A DNA stretch of 58,428 nt from an uncultured virus (IMG/VR IMGVR_UViG_3300048065_001102) (taxonomy: Duplodnaviria; Heunggongvirae; Uroviricota; Caudoviricetes). The stretch lies in IMG/VR virus record IMGVR_UViG_3300048065_001102, one strand, 5' to 3'. The translations under genes were made by a program, and so were the position numbers. This document shows, one piece after another, positions 28,968 to 38,213 of the stretch (position 1 is the stretch's first letter; every line of letters begins with the position of its first letter). The notes under the pieces are model-generated. The model was given only the letters and a program-made list of their open reading frames with translations, was not told the DNA's origin and ran no database searches.

Positions 28968-29509
28968 TATACTACTTCAAATAAAACATTGTGATCTTCC
29001 CAAAGTTCGTCTATAAGTGCTTGTTCGTGTGTTCCGTCTTTTGCATCACGAATCTTTTTATCTTTGGAAATATCAACATACAAATAAACCACAAAATCAA
29101 ATGCACTTGCATACACTAAACTTTGACCAATCCCCTCCCGCAAAGAACTTCCTGTTTCACCTTTCTTTACCTCAACTGCAACTTTAAGTTTATCTATTTT
29201 AACAACAAAGTCAGGACGATGCTGAGTTCCAAAAAATGTAAAGTTGTTTACAGTAGTATTTACATCACCTTCCCAAAGCAAACAATTTTTTGCTTTTTCT
29301 TTTACCAATTCTTTATCAGCACTTTTACTTAACTCTAAATCCTGATATAAAGCCTCTAGTTCATTGATAAGTGGTTGGTGCATATATTGTTTAATGTAAT
29401 CTTCATTGCGATTGCGATAATCAATCACATCAAAAATCTTTTTACTTGAAATTGCAGATGCAATGCTTTCTACAATTTTAACTCTTTTTTTACTTTTGCT
29501 TCTTCCCAT
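28967..29509 (-). CDS. PD-(D/E)xK nuclease-family protein
   Basis: HRPDFVV...VAVEVKK...EGIGQSLVY (QxxxY). Confidence 0.75.
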   Translation of the reverse strand: MGRSKSKKRVKIVESIASAISSKKIFDVIDYRNRNEDYIKQYMHQPLINELEALYQDLELSKSADKELVKEKAKNCLLWEGDVNTTVNNFTFFGTQHRPDFVVKIDKLKVAVEVKKGETGSSLREGIGQSLVYASAFDFVVYLYVDISKDKKIRDAKDGTHEQALIDELWEDHNVLFEVV

Positions 29510-30135
29510 TATTTGTTTACCAGTTCTATGATTTCTTCTACTACCTCGTTTACAATACTACGAGTTTCTAAATTGTCAAGTGGATTATCCACGGTCGGCC
29601 AGTCCAACTGAAAATGAGCACCTTCACGCATTCTTGGATCGTTGATTCGTTCGTGTTCATTTGGTGCCTGAACATAATCAAATTTAACTGTTCCGTCTGC
29701 TTCTATAACTGCTGATGATGATTTTTCGTATCTGCGTAAATGCACAAGCAATCCTTCGTGTTCATATAAAACCCAACCAAGTTCATCATTTGGATAGGTA
29801 GCATATCGTACATCACTTACCAATGCAACATCTCCTTTATATTCAGTTAATATGTTGTTCATGGTTTCTATCCAATGACGACCGTTGGTTTGCTTTCTTT
29901 TAAGATCACCATACCAAACTAGAAACTCACGAAACAATGTTTTTTGATTTGTATTATCAGTATAAACATCTAAATCACATTGCTTCTTCAAAAAAGAACT
30001 ACAATCGTTTTTCAATGAATCTGCTAATGCGAATTGCTTTGCTGAATATCCTCTTTTTTCTAGTTCTGATATAACCATATCACAAAAAAGATTCTTGCCA
30101 CTACGGGCAACTCCACTTACTCCTACTAAGAACAT
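29509..30135 (-). CDS. Deoxynucleoside monophosphate kinase (phage gp1-like)
   Basis: GVSGVARSGKN P-loop, FALADSLK, VSDVRY..PNDE. Confidence 0.82.
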   Translation of the reverse strand: MFLVGVSGVARSGKNLFCDMVISELEKRGYSAKQFALADSLKNDCSSFLKKQCDLDVYTDNTNQKTLFREFLVWYGDLKRKQTNGRHWIETMNNILTEYKGDVALVSDVRYATYPNDELGWVLYEHEGLLVHLRRYEKSSSAVIEADGTVKFDYVQAPNEHERINDPRMREGAHFQLDWPTVDNPLDNLETRSIVNEVVEEIIELVNK

Positions 30136-30617
30136 AACTTTTTAATTTCCTTGGGTTCTTTGCCATATTTAGCACACAACTCTTCAAGTTCAGTAGTTCC
30201 TTTTTTGGTGGACTTGAATACATCAATATACTCTTCGGCGTGTAATTTACTAACTTCATAATGCGATGCAACCAAGTTTACTAAATCTGAATTGTACTTA
30301 CCTTCATCAGATTTAATATATTTATGAAAAGCACGACTTTCAGGAACCACTTCACGTAGAACCCGATAATAGTCTTTTGGTTTTAATCCAACTGAGTGTT
30401 TTTGGATTTGGTCGATTGCTACAACTAAATTCATATCCATTGATAAAAAACGATTCACCATGAAATTTGAAAATGTTTTTTTATCTTCATCGGTGAGAAT
30501 GTCAAAATAGTTTTCTGTCTTTTTCCCACGGATATGGTTAATGTGATCAAACAATGTCTTTTTTTTGGGACCTAGATTGTTTGACTTCTTCGCTTTGGTT
30601 TTTTTGGTTGTCGGCAT
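30126..30617 (-). CDS. Phage sliding-clamp loader small subunit (T4 gp62-like)
   Basis: LFDHIN.I...K...FSNFMVNRFLSM...KYIK...LV..HYEVS...AEEY pattern. Confidence 0.7.
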   Translation of the reverse strand: MPTTKKTKAKKSNNLGPKKKTLFDHINHIRGKKTENYFDILTDEDKKTFSNFMVNRFLSMDMNLVVAIDQIQKHSVGLKPKDYYRVLREVVPESRAFHKYIKSDEGKYNSDLVNLVASHYEVSKLHAEEYIDVFKSTKKGTTELEELCAKYGKEPKEIKKLCS

Positions 30618-30627
30618 TTAGAAGAAT

Positions 30628-30656
30628 ATAATACCCAACCGATATTGATTTGTCAA
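30628..30656 (-). promoter_or_regulatory. Sigma70-type promoter
   Basis: TTGACA-17 nt-TATTAT, 10 nt upstream of the clamp-loader ATG. Confidence 0.7.
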
Positions 30657-30659
30657 AAC

Positions 30660-32192
30660 TTATTTCAAATATTTTGAAATTTCAAATGAATTTGATATAA
30701 CGTCTCCGAACCAAATTTCGTTATATTTAATTTTATTTTCTTCCAAGATTTTTTTGTTATTATCAAAAAATTTATTTACTCTATTGACATAATCTCGGTA
30801 ACATTCTATCTCAGTTGGTAATTTTGTATGACTTGTTTTGCCACTTCCATCTAGTTGCCTATCAGGTGTAGTTCCCCAGTTGCCAGATAAAAGTGCTTTT
30901 TTATATGAGGTATATGAATCTAGCAAATTTCTTTTTAAAAAAATAAAATTAGTTTCATAATTTAAATCAAGAATTTTTTCTAAACTTATAGTGTGACCTT
31001 GAAATATTTTAATTACTAAATATTTTTTTTGCATCCAGTCGTGTGATTTTATCACACCTCTAACGTGTTCTTCCAAGTCTGCATCAGTTGAAAATCTACT
31101 CAGTCTCCCACTTGGGCCGAATGCTTCAAATAAAGATACACACTGAGGATGATTATTAAACTTTTCACACAAAGTAGTTGAACCGTGCCTTTGAGCAGAA
31201 ATAATAACAATTAATTTTTGCTCTTCAATTTTATTTAATACATTTTTATATAATTCATCTATTTGAACAAACTTACAACTTACAGATTCATCAAAAAATG
31301 TATTTTTATTTTCTGAAATATACTGTTTGTACTCTTTACTATCTCCCCAATCTTGATTTTGATTTACTCTTTTTTTAAAGAAATCCATCAAATTCGGTTT
31401 AATGAATTTAAAATGACCGAGTAATTTTATACTTTGATAGTATCTCAAGTCTTGAAAGCACTTACTCCAATTTGAATATGCATTCCAGCATCCTGATGTT
31501 TTGGGTTTAAAGTCAACTGGTAATATCCAGTGCATTCCAACTTGCAACTCATATTTTTCATAAAAATCATAGTAGAAAAAACTTTTTTTATTAAGACAAA
31601 CGGGTTCATCGAATCCAGAATAAACCCTACTACGCACCCCCCCTTTAATTGCAAGTTCACCTGTATGTCCTACATATTCAAGCAAGTGTTGCTTTGAATA
31701 TTTATCATAAAAATTTGAATGTGATAAGAAATCCGCACCATTTTCATAGTTTTGTACATTCACGTCTCTTGGATAAAAATCAATCAATAAAGTTTGTAAT
31801 ATATTTGAATTACTCTTTATCATCTTTTCTTTTAACTCATACAATGATTCATCTTTTGGTAAATATAGTAATTCATCAATATCAACAACCATAACCCATT
31901 TGTTTTTAAGTTCCGAATTTAGTATTGTATTGACCCATGCTAAACCATATTTGTTTTGAGCATAAGAATCATTTGTCATATAAATGCGAATATTTAATGA
32001 TTCAGCATATTTTTTTAATTTATTTACTGAATTGTCAATTGAATTGTTATCTATAAAAATAAAATGAGTAATTCCAAGTTTAATATAATGAGAAACAAAA
32101 TGATCTATCAGTATTTCTTCGTCACGCATTACACAGACGCAAGTAATCGAATTTTCATTTATTTCATTTTTAAAATTTTGAATCAATTCCAT
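30660..32192 (-). CDS. GT2-like glycosyltransferase (Glyco_tranf_2_4) fused to a sulfotransferase-like domain
   Basis: MRDEE..IDHF..HY..LG...IDNNS.D, VDIDE (DxD), LGHFKF; C-terminal SAQRHGSTTL...HP...EAF...LKRNLLD.Y.S. Confidence 0.82.
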   Translation of the reverse strand: MELIQNFKNEINENSITCVCVMRDEEILIDHFVSHYIKLGITHFIFIDNNSIDNSVNKLKKYAESLNIRIYMTNDSYAQNKYGLAWVNTILNSELKNKWVMVVDIDELLYLPKDESLYELKEKMIKSNSNILQTLLIDFYPRDVNVQNYENGADFLSHSNFYDKYSKQHLLEYVGHTGELAIKGGVRSRVYSGFDEPVCLNKKSFFYYDFYEKYELQVGMHWILPVDFKPKTSGCWNAYSNWSKCFQDLRYYQSIKLLGHFKFIKPNLMDFFKKRVNQNQDWGDSKEYKQYISENKNTFFDESVSCKFVQIDELYKNVLNKIEEQKLIVIISAQRHGSTTLCEKFNNHPQCVSLFEAFGPSGRLSRFSTDADLEEHVRGVIKSHDWMQKKYLVIKIFQGHTISLEKILDLNYETNFIFLKRNLLDSYTSYKKALLSGNWGTTPDRQLDGSGKTSHTKLPTEIECYRDYVNRVNKFFDNNKKILEENKIKYNEIWFGDVISNSFEISKYLK

Positions 32193-32197
32193 TTAAT

Positions 32198-32428
32198 TTA
32201 AATATGATTTATTCTAAATTTTGGTTTATTTGGAAAATATCCAATCGGATTATCATATATAATTTCGTCACCATTATCAATCAAATTAACAAAATCTTGG
32301 TTTACTAATGAAATCCGTGTCATCATTTTTTGTACACAAAATAAACGAATTGCATAAATTGCATCATCTCGTTTTTCAAATGTTCCTATTGAATGATTTC
32401 CAAATATGTCAATCACTTCATATCTCAT
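32198..32428 (-). CDS. Hypothetical protein
   Basis: ATG start at 32428 avoids overlap with the upstream gene. Confidence 0.55.
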   Translation of the reverse strand: MRYEVIDIFGNHSIGTFEKRDDAIYAIRLFCVQKMMTRISLVNQDFVNLIDNGDEIIYDNPIGYFPNKPKFRINHI

Positions 32429-32441
32429 TAAAAAATCCCCT

Positions 32442-33041
32442 TTACAATAAATCACTATCAACCACTACATCTAAATTCGATGCGTTGTACAATCCATCAG
32501 GACTTATATAATGTCTTCCCAAACCAATCAAATCACTTAGATCAACACCCAATTCGTTTTTTTCAAATGACTGGTATATTAACTCACTGCAATATAGTGC
32601 CTTGACACCTAGATAAAAATTTATATCATACTTTGAATTTTGAAATGACTTACATTTTATTATCGCAGAAATTATTGATTTATATGGAAGATTTGGTCTT
32701 AATATTACAACACGATCACTTTCTTTGCATACATCAAAAAAGCAACTCTTTCTGTAATCTTCGTGTGTCATCTCACTTGTCTCCCATTCATTGTCAAGAC
32801 TAACGCAAAAAGCTGCGTGAGAAAACTCTCCAGGAATCAACAAAGAAGTTAATTTCTTTTTATCTGTTGTTAGAATTACATCACCCGGCTTTAATTTTTT
32901 ATACATCTCATGGTACTTTTTACCACCAAGTGTTGTGTAGTAAGTTGTAAATCTAATATATGGAATTATGTTTTTTAAAAGATATTCATATATCTTTGTT
33001 TGCATAAATCCACCAAGTAATCTTTTGTATAAATCCATCAT
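32442..33041 (-). CDS. Permuted papain-like NlpC/P60 protein (YiiX/YebB, C92)
   Basis: LKPGDVIL...FSHAA...YD..F...LYCSELIY...ISPD.L. Confidence 0.85.
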   Translation of the reverse strand: MMDLYKRLLGGFMQTKIYEYLLKNIIPYIRFTTYYTTLGGKKYHEMYKKLKPGDVILTTDKKKLTSLLIPGEFSHAAFCVSLDNEWETSEMTHEDYRKSCFFDVCKESDRVVILRPNLPYKSIISAIIKCKSFQNSKYDINFYLGVKALYCSELIYQSFEKNELGVDLSDLIGLGRHYISPDGLYNASNLDVVVDSDLL

Positions 33042-33093
33042 CAATTATAAATATCAAAAGGATTACTTTTTATAAAATTTAATCAATAAGATA

Positions 33094-33924
33094 TTAAGTA
33101 TTATATGCTTGGTAATATTGATTTACTACATTCTTAACACCATCCACACATTCACCGGAATTCAAGAACTTTATTCGTGGTTTATATTCTTTATTATCAA
33201 AGTTTAAAACAGAATTAACACAATGATAAATTATACATCTCTGTCCATGATACTGAGGATCTATTTCGTAATTTACATTTAAATCTAAATTCAATTTATT
33301 TTGAATTTCATTTAAGATAACATGAAACAAATGCTTGCTTGCGTGGTTAATTGCATAAAATAATAACTTTTCTTTCCAATTATTTTCAATATAATTTGCC
33401 ATTGGTATAAACAAACAATCATAGTTTCGTGCTGAGAATTCAGTTTCTTTGCTTTTTAGTTTTTGGATAGCAGAATCTGCGTTTTTTAAAATATTAGATT
33501 TTGATATAAGTTTATCATTGTTGACACACTCGGATATAAACTCAGTTGGTGTTTTTTTGTTTGTAAAATAATTTTTAAGGTTTGTGTAATGATAATCACA
33601 CGGAGGTTTATTTTCAATTATCAAGTCTGGAAAATATACTCCACAAAATAATGACGGAAATACTATAAATTGAGTATCATCTTTTTTGTTTTCGTATAAA
33701 AACTTTGTAGATAAATAATCAAGGTCTCTATAAGAATCACAAATGGGTTGAGTAATAATTATATCAGAAGAGTTTATACTATTTAACATTTCTTGCTTTG
33801 AGATTTCAGTCGTAAAGCATTCAATAAACTCTAAATCGTAATTAGTATTTTGAATAAACTGAGTTAATGCTAGTATTTGACAATTGCCGTAAAACAATAT
33901 CTTGGTTTTTGAGTTTTCCATCAA
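33094..33924 (-). CDS. WcbI-family polysaccharide biosynthesis (putative acetyltransferase) protein
   Basis: YGNCQ, DIIITQPI, PSLF..VYFP, LFYAINHAS. Confidence 0.8.
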   Translation of the reverse strand: MMENSKTKILFYGNCQILALTQFIQNTNYDLEFIECFTTEISKQEMLNSINSSDIIITQPICDSYRDLDYLSTKFLYENKKDDTQFIVFPSLFCGVYFPDLIIENKPPCDYHYTNLKNYFTNKKTPTEFISECVNNDKLISKSNILKNADSAIQKLKSKETEFSARNYDCLFIPMANYIENNWKEKLLFYAINHASKHLFHVILNEIQNKLNLDLNVNYEIDPQYHGQRCIIYHCVNSVLNFDNKEYKPRIKFLNSGECVDGVKNVVNQYYQAYNT

Positions 33925-33926
33925 AA

Positions 33927-35018
33927 TTATATAGAAAAATATTTAATAGTGTGCGTATTTGCAACTGCTTCGCAAGTCAACTTGCCATTGTGTGTATTCA
34001 CACCCAACTTCAAAGCATCGTTATATTTGTCGGGGGAAATTCCTCTTGCAATTTCAAGACCATAACGAAGTGTTTGGTTGTTTAATGCAACGGTACTTGT
34101 TTGTGGAACTACACCTGGCATATTTGCTACGCAGTAATGAACAATTCCATCAACATCATAAATGGGTTTATCGTGTGTTGTTGCTTTGCTTGTTTCAAAG
34201 CATCCACCTTGATCAATTGCTACGTCAACCAACACCGCACCTTTCTTCATGCTTTTTAAATGCGTCTTGCGAATTAGTTGTGGTGCAGATGCTCCGTGAA
34301 CATAAACACTTCCGATTACAACATCTGCATCTGCTATTTCCGATTCAATGTTTGCATCGTTACTGAATAAAGTTTGTACAGACGAACCAAATACATCATC
34401 AAGATAAGCAAGTCGTTCTTGTGATATATCAAGAATACTTGTATATGCTCCAATCCCACTTGCAATTTTAGCTGCATTGAATCCAACTACACCACCTCCT
34501 AAAATGACCACTTTGCCTCGTTTAACACCTGGTATTCCACCGAGAAGTATACCTGCTCCTCCAAACGGAGTTTCCAAGTATTTAGCACCTTCTTGAACAC
34601 TTAAACGACCAGCAATCTCACTCATAGGAGTAAGACACGGATGACTGCGATTTGGCAACTGAATTGTCTCATATGCAATTGAAGTCAATCCAATATCTAA
34701 AAGTGATTTTGTCAATTTTTTGTCAGCAGCCAAATGCAAATAAGTAAACAAAATATGATTTTTACGAAAATACGATAACTCAGAAGGTTGTGGTTCTTTT
34801 ACCTTAACAATCATTTCTGCTTTATCAAAAGTATCTTTAACATTACAAATAACCGCACCTGCTTTAATATAATCGTTATCTGTGAATCCTGTTCCTAGTC
34901 CAGCATTTCTTTCTACATAAAGTTCATGTCCTTCTGCGACATACTTGCTTACTGCACTTGGTGTTAATCCTACACGATATTCGTGTTTTTTAAGTTCTTT
35001 CGGTACACCTATTTTCAT
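33927..35018 (-). CDS. ald: Alanine dehydrogenase
   Basis: MKIGVPKELK.HEYRVGLTP, KVKEP, FTYLHLAAD, PMSEIAGR, GGGVVG, DVAIDQGGC.ETS, YCVANMPG. Confidence 0.96.
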   Translation of the reverse strand: MKIGVPKELKKHEYRVGLTPSAVSKYVAEGHELYVERNAGLGTGFTDNDYIKAGAVICNVKDTFDKAEMIVKVKEPQPSELSYFRKNHILFTYLHLAADKKLTKSLLDIGLTSIAYETIQLPNRSHPCLTPMSEIAGRLSVQEGAKYLETPFGGAGILLGGIPGVKRGKVVILGGGVVGFNAAKIASGIGAYTSILDISQERLAYLDDVFGSSVQTLFSNDANIESEIADADVVIGSVYVHGASAPQLIRKTHLKSMKKGAVLVDVAIDQGGCFETSKATTHDKPIYDVDGIVHYCVANMPGVVPQTSTVALNNQTLRYGLEIARGISPDKYNDALKLGVNTHNGKLTCEAVANTHTIKYFSI

Positions 35019-35065
35019 GATATTATTGATTTATTAAATTGTATTTCTGTTTGTTGTTAGATAGA

Positions 35066-35770
35066 CTACTTTATACTATCTAAAATTTTTGGGAGCATAT
35101 CTTCCCATTTCTTAAGTTTATTTACTGTATTAAAGTTTTTTATTACATCATAGTGATAATGATTGTGAAATACATAATTATTTGTCTTTTCATCAGATTC
35201 GCCTCCTTGTACAAGTTCTTCATCAGATGGGTAATAAACAAAATATTTACATTTTGAATTGATCACACCTTGCAAATTTGCATACCTACTGAAAATATGT
35301 GAATAATTATCTTTTACATAATTTAAATATTTAATTGAAGGGTGTTTTTTTAAATTTTTTATACAATAATCCAAGTCAGTTTGTGCTCCAGATACTACAA
35401 TATTAGGTATACTCAATTTACTACCATATAAAATACTTGCATACCCTCCTGCACTAAGTCCTGTAAATATTACATTTTCATATAAAGATATTTGATCTTT
35501 TAAAAATTCCAAAGTATCGTAAAAGTCACTTCCTATACCTTTCATCTCACCCAAATACCAACCAAGTTGATTTCTAATATACAAAATATCAAAGTTTAAA
35601 TTACTTTCATATTTTTCTGATGTTAGTGTTTTCTTTCTTTCAAATCCCGTATGACCATTACTTGAAAAACTTACCACCAAATTACAGGATGCATCACCCA
35701 CTCTTACATACGATATATCAGTTGCTTCTTGTTTATTAATATATTCTATTGCAGTTATGTAAGTATCCAT
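35066..35770 (-). CDS. Alpha/beta-hydrolase-like protein
   Basis: Nucleophile elbow TGLSAGGYAS; TATTTAT 4 nt upstream. Confidence 0.65.
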   Translation of the reverse strand: MDTYITAIEYINKQEATDISYVRVGDASCNLVVSFSSNGHTGFERKKTLTSEKYESNLNFDILYIRNQLGWYLGEMKGIGSDFYDTLEFLKDQISLYENVIFTGLSAGGYASILYGSKLSIPNIVVSGAQTDLDYCIKNLKKHPSIKYLNYVKDNYSHIFSRYANLQGVINSKCKYFVYYPSDEELVQGGESDEKTNNYVFHNHYHYDVIKNFNTVNKLKKWEDMLPKILDSIK

Positions 35771-35813
35771 TCTTATAAATATAAAAATTATAATAATAAT
35801 TCAGGTAAATTTC

Positions 35814-36222
35814 TGGTGGAGGTAGTGGGATTTGAACCCACGTCTTTATATCCTTTTTTCCAAACGTCTACACGTTTATTTTGTTGTAAATTTCAAAAAG
35901 TTACCCAACAAACAAATCTACCTTTTCTATTCGTTTTATTGTTATACGGAATTTCCAACGAAAAAATAATTTCCGAGTTCTCGGTTAATGACGCCAGCAC
36001 CAAGATAGCCGAGGAATCTCTTGGGTGACGGGATGGTCGTTATGCCATCAACACAGCTTCTGCTTCTTCTAAAGCATTAAATTCTGCTTCAGCATCCGCA
36101 AGAAGGTCTGCAACGAATGTATCTTCGCCATTTAAACAATTTAATACATTTTTAGAAGGCCAAGTATTATCCTTCACGTGCAGTTTGGACATCTAAATAC
36201 AAATCGAATCCAGAATACCCCC
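35814..36222 (-). ncRNA. ssrA: tmRNA (one-piece)
   Basis: 5' GGGGGTATTCTGGATTCGA; 3' GACGTGGGTTCAAATCCCACTACCTCCACCA. Acceptor stem GGGGGTA/TACCTCC has the G3.U alanine determinant and encoded CCA. Helix 2 pairing TCCAAAC/GTTTGGA and CACGT/ACGTG. Internal tag ORF at 36129-36040. Confidence 0.95.
36040..36129 (-). other. tmRNA tag reading frame (A)GEDTFVADLLADAEAEFNALEEAEAVLMA*
   Basis: TTAAAT precedes the inferred GGC resume codon; 29 codons to TAA, with the stop inside a GATGG..CCATC hairpin. The exact resume codon is inferred. Confidence 0.75.
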
Positions 36223-36259
36223 ATCAGAAATTTAACTGTCAATGAACAAGTATTCAATA

Positions 36260-36288
36260 AATATAATATAATGAATTGAAAATGTCAA
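36260..36288 (-). promoter_or_regulatory. Sigma70-type promoter for tmRNA, overlapping a TATTTAT motif
   Basis: TTGACA-17 nt-TATATT, about 37 nt upstream of the mature tmRNA 5' end. Confidence 0.65.
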
Positions 36289-36398
36289 GAGATTTTGCTT
36301 TTAATATAATTGTAGGTAATTTCTGTAATTTTACCTGCAATGCCAAGAAAATGCTCCACAAACATACCAATCACCACAAACGGTAGTATCTCTATCAT
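36285..36398 (-). CDS. Small membrane peptide (37 aa)
   Basis: Manual translation MIEILPFVVIGMFVEHFLGIAGKITEITYNYIKSKIS; purine-rich AAGAGAG upstream; below the ORF-track cutoff. Confidence 0.55.
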   Translation of the reverse strand: MIEILPFVVIGMFVEHFLGIAGKITEITYNYIKSKIS

Positions 36399-36433
36399 AA
36401 TATCTCTCTTTAAATGTAATAAACGAAAAATTA

Positions 36434-36559
36434 TTACTTTTGCTTTATTAGGTTTCTAAGAAAGTTTAAAAACTTTTCTTGAATAAACTTTGCATATGTT
36501 GGTTGTGGGAGATTCCAACCGATAAACATCCCAATGATTATGTATAATATCGTTTCCAT
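36434..36559 (-). CDS. Small membrane peptide (41 aa)
   Basis: Manual translation METILYIIIGMFIGWNLPQPTYAKFIQEKFLNFLRNLIKQK; TATTTAT 7 nt upstream. Confidence 0.7.
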   Translation of the reverse strand: METILYIIIGMFIGWNLPQPTYAKFIQEKFLNFLRNLIKQK

Positions 36560-36600
36560 CGTTAATATAAATATAATATATATTATGATTTTTAGTAAGT

Positions 36601-37455
36601 CTAATTTTGTTTTTCACGAAATGACGACATTACAACTTCCATTCTATTCTTCTTATATGAAATTAAACTAGATTCTTGTAAACTCATTTCTATATTAAAT
36701 GCTTTATAGTTGTTACTATCTTTAATTTTCACTAACTCAGGTATGTCATATAAAAATGTAAAATCATACTCATTATTTTCCCTTAAAGTTTTAATGTGAA
36801 AATCATCATGTTTCATATCGGTCATAATATACAGTCTACGAGGTGCAGATGTAGATTTAAGTAATTTAAAAATGTTATTTGGTCTAGTTGCATACTCCCA
36901 TTCTGATCCAGTTAAACTTAATCCATATTTATTTGTAACCGGGGCACCAGTTAAACAACGATCACCTCTTCTTATATGCAAACATCCCTCAATTTCATTT
37001 GACTTAATAATATTATCGGCAAACAAAATGTCTTGATTACATCTATCAAATGTTACATTCTCGTTTGGATTATATTGATCGACTAATTTGTTCATAACAT
37101 CATTTTGATATTCATTTTTTCTATTAAAACCCTCTATAAACAAAATTTCATCATTTTTTATGTTTTTACAACTTTCTAGTACATTAATATTTACCCTATT
37201 TATTTTTATTGTATCAATTTCATAGTATTCAGAAAAGTTCATTATTAGTTTTTTATCTGAATTATGAATAGAATGTAAATATCGTTGTGGTAAAATAAAA
37301 TTCAAACCAAGGTCTCTTGCAATCATGCAATATAATCTTATTTGAAATGTCTGATCACTTAATCCTGGACCGCATTCCTCGAAGTCGTAAGTTACACAAA
37401 GAAATTTATGGTCTGGTTTTAATTTTCCAATAAAATAATCTAGATTTTTTTTCAT
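36601..37455 (-). CDS. GDP-sugar (fucosyltransferase-like, GT-B) glycosyltransferase
   Basis: PGLSDQ, LHIRRGD, LYIMTD. Confidence 0.72.
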   Translation of the reverse strand: MKKNLDYFIGKLKPDHKFLCVTYDFEECGPGLSDQTFQIRLYCMIARDLGLNFILPQRYLHSIHNSDKKLIMNFSEYYEIDTIKINRVNINVLESCKNIKNDEILFIEGFNRKNEYQNDVMNKLVDQYNPNENVTFDRCNQDILFADNIIKSNEIEGCLHIRRGDRCLTGAPVTNKYGLSLTGSEWEYATRPNNIFKLLKSTSAPRRLYIMTDMKHDDFHIKTLRENNEYDFTFLYDIPELVKIKDSNNYKAFNIEMSLQESSLISYKKNRMEVVMSSFREKQN

Positions 37456-37468
37456 TTTATTTTTTATT

Positions 37469-38197
37469 TTAAATATTAGTTAAGAATGTAAAAGATTCTT
37501 TTAAATCACAAACCCAAGGTGAATCATATGGCCAATTTGTTTTTTTTATATATTTGGCAAATAATCTACCAACAAAAGTATCTTCAGAACCACCTAGATT
37601 TTTCATATGATTATATGCTAAATTTTTTCCATATTTTGCTATATAACAGGCAAAATCAAACGAAACTCCGTATAATTTTCCTGTGTAAAAAGATGGAAAC
37701 CGTTCGATTCCGAATTCTAAATCATAATTTACATTAGTAATTTTTTTGTCAAATGCCCATTGCTCATAACTTTTTTTAGATACATAACTGATTAAGTGTG
37801 TACCAAAATAAGATTCAGATTCATTATCGAAAATGATTTTTGAAATTCTATCCTCGTTGTAAAAATGATTTAAACAATCATAATCCATGAATATATTATG
37901 TCTATTTTTATATTCTAGTATATTGGGATCTATTTTTATGATATGCGTAAAATTAAAATTTTCCGTACAAAATTTTATCATTTCGTATGTTTTTAGTGAG
38001 AGAGATGTATATTTGTCGTGACACTTTAATTTTACTTTATTTAATTTATTGTTAAATATCGTATGAGTACCATCCCCAAACACATCAAGAACTAAATAAT
38101 TTTTATTGTTTTTTAATTTTTGATATATACGAGACGTCTTAAATAAGTTTAAAGCATTTAAATCTCTTGAATTTGTATACAAACAAACAAGTTTCAT
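37469..38197 (-). CDS. GT31 galactosyltransferase-like protein
   Basis: D.Y.SLSLKT, IIKID, YTGKLYGVS, EDTFVG. Confidence 0.68.
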   Translation of the reverse strand: MKLVCLYTNSRDLNALNLFKTSRIYQKLKNNKNYLVLDVFGDGTHTIFNNKLNKVKLKCHDKYTSLSLKTYEMIKFCTENFNFTHIIKIDPNILEYKNRHNIFMDYDCLNHFYNEDRISKIIFDNESESYFGTHLISYVSKKSYEQWAFDKKITNVNYDLEFGIERFPSFYTGKLYGVSFDFACYIAKYGKNLAYNHMKNLGGSEDTFVGRLFAKYIKKTNWPYDSPWVCDLKESFTFLTNI

Positions 38198-38213
38198 TTT
38201 TAAATTGTGTAAC

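Noticed and set aside
28967..29509. Restriction-modification system formed by this nuclease and the methyltransferases
   Set aside because: The nuclease is about 27 kb from the MTases and sits in a replication/nucleotide operon; nothing links them.
35814..35845. Stand-alone tRNA gene
   Set aside because: The T-arm and CCA pair with a 5' end 409 nt away and enclose a tag ORF, so this is the tmRNA tRNA-like domain.
35729..36028. Plus-strand 99-aa ORF
   Set aside because: It is antisense to the tmRNA; the VEVVGFEPT stretch is the typical T-arm shadow translation.
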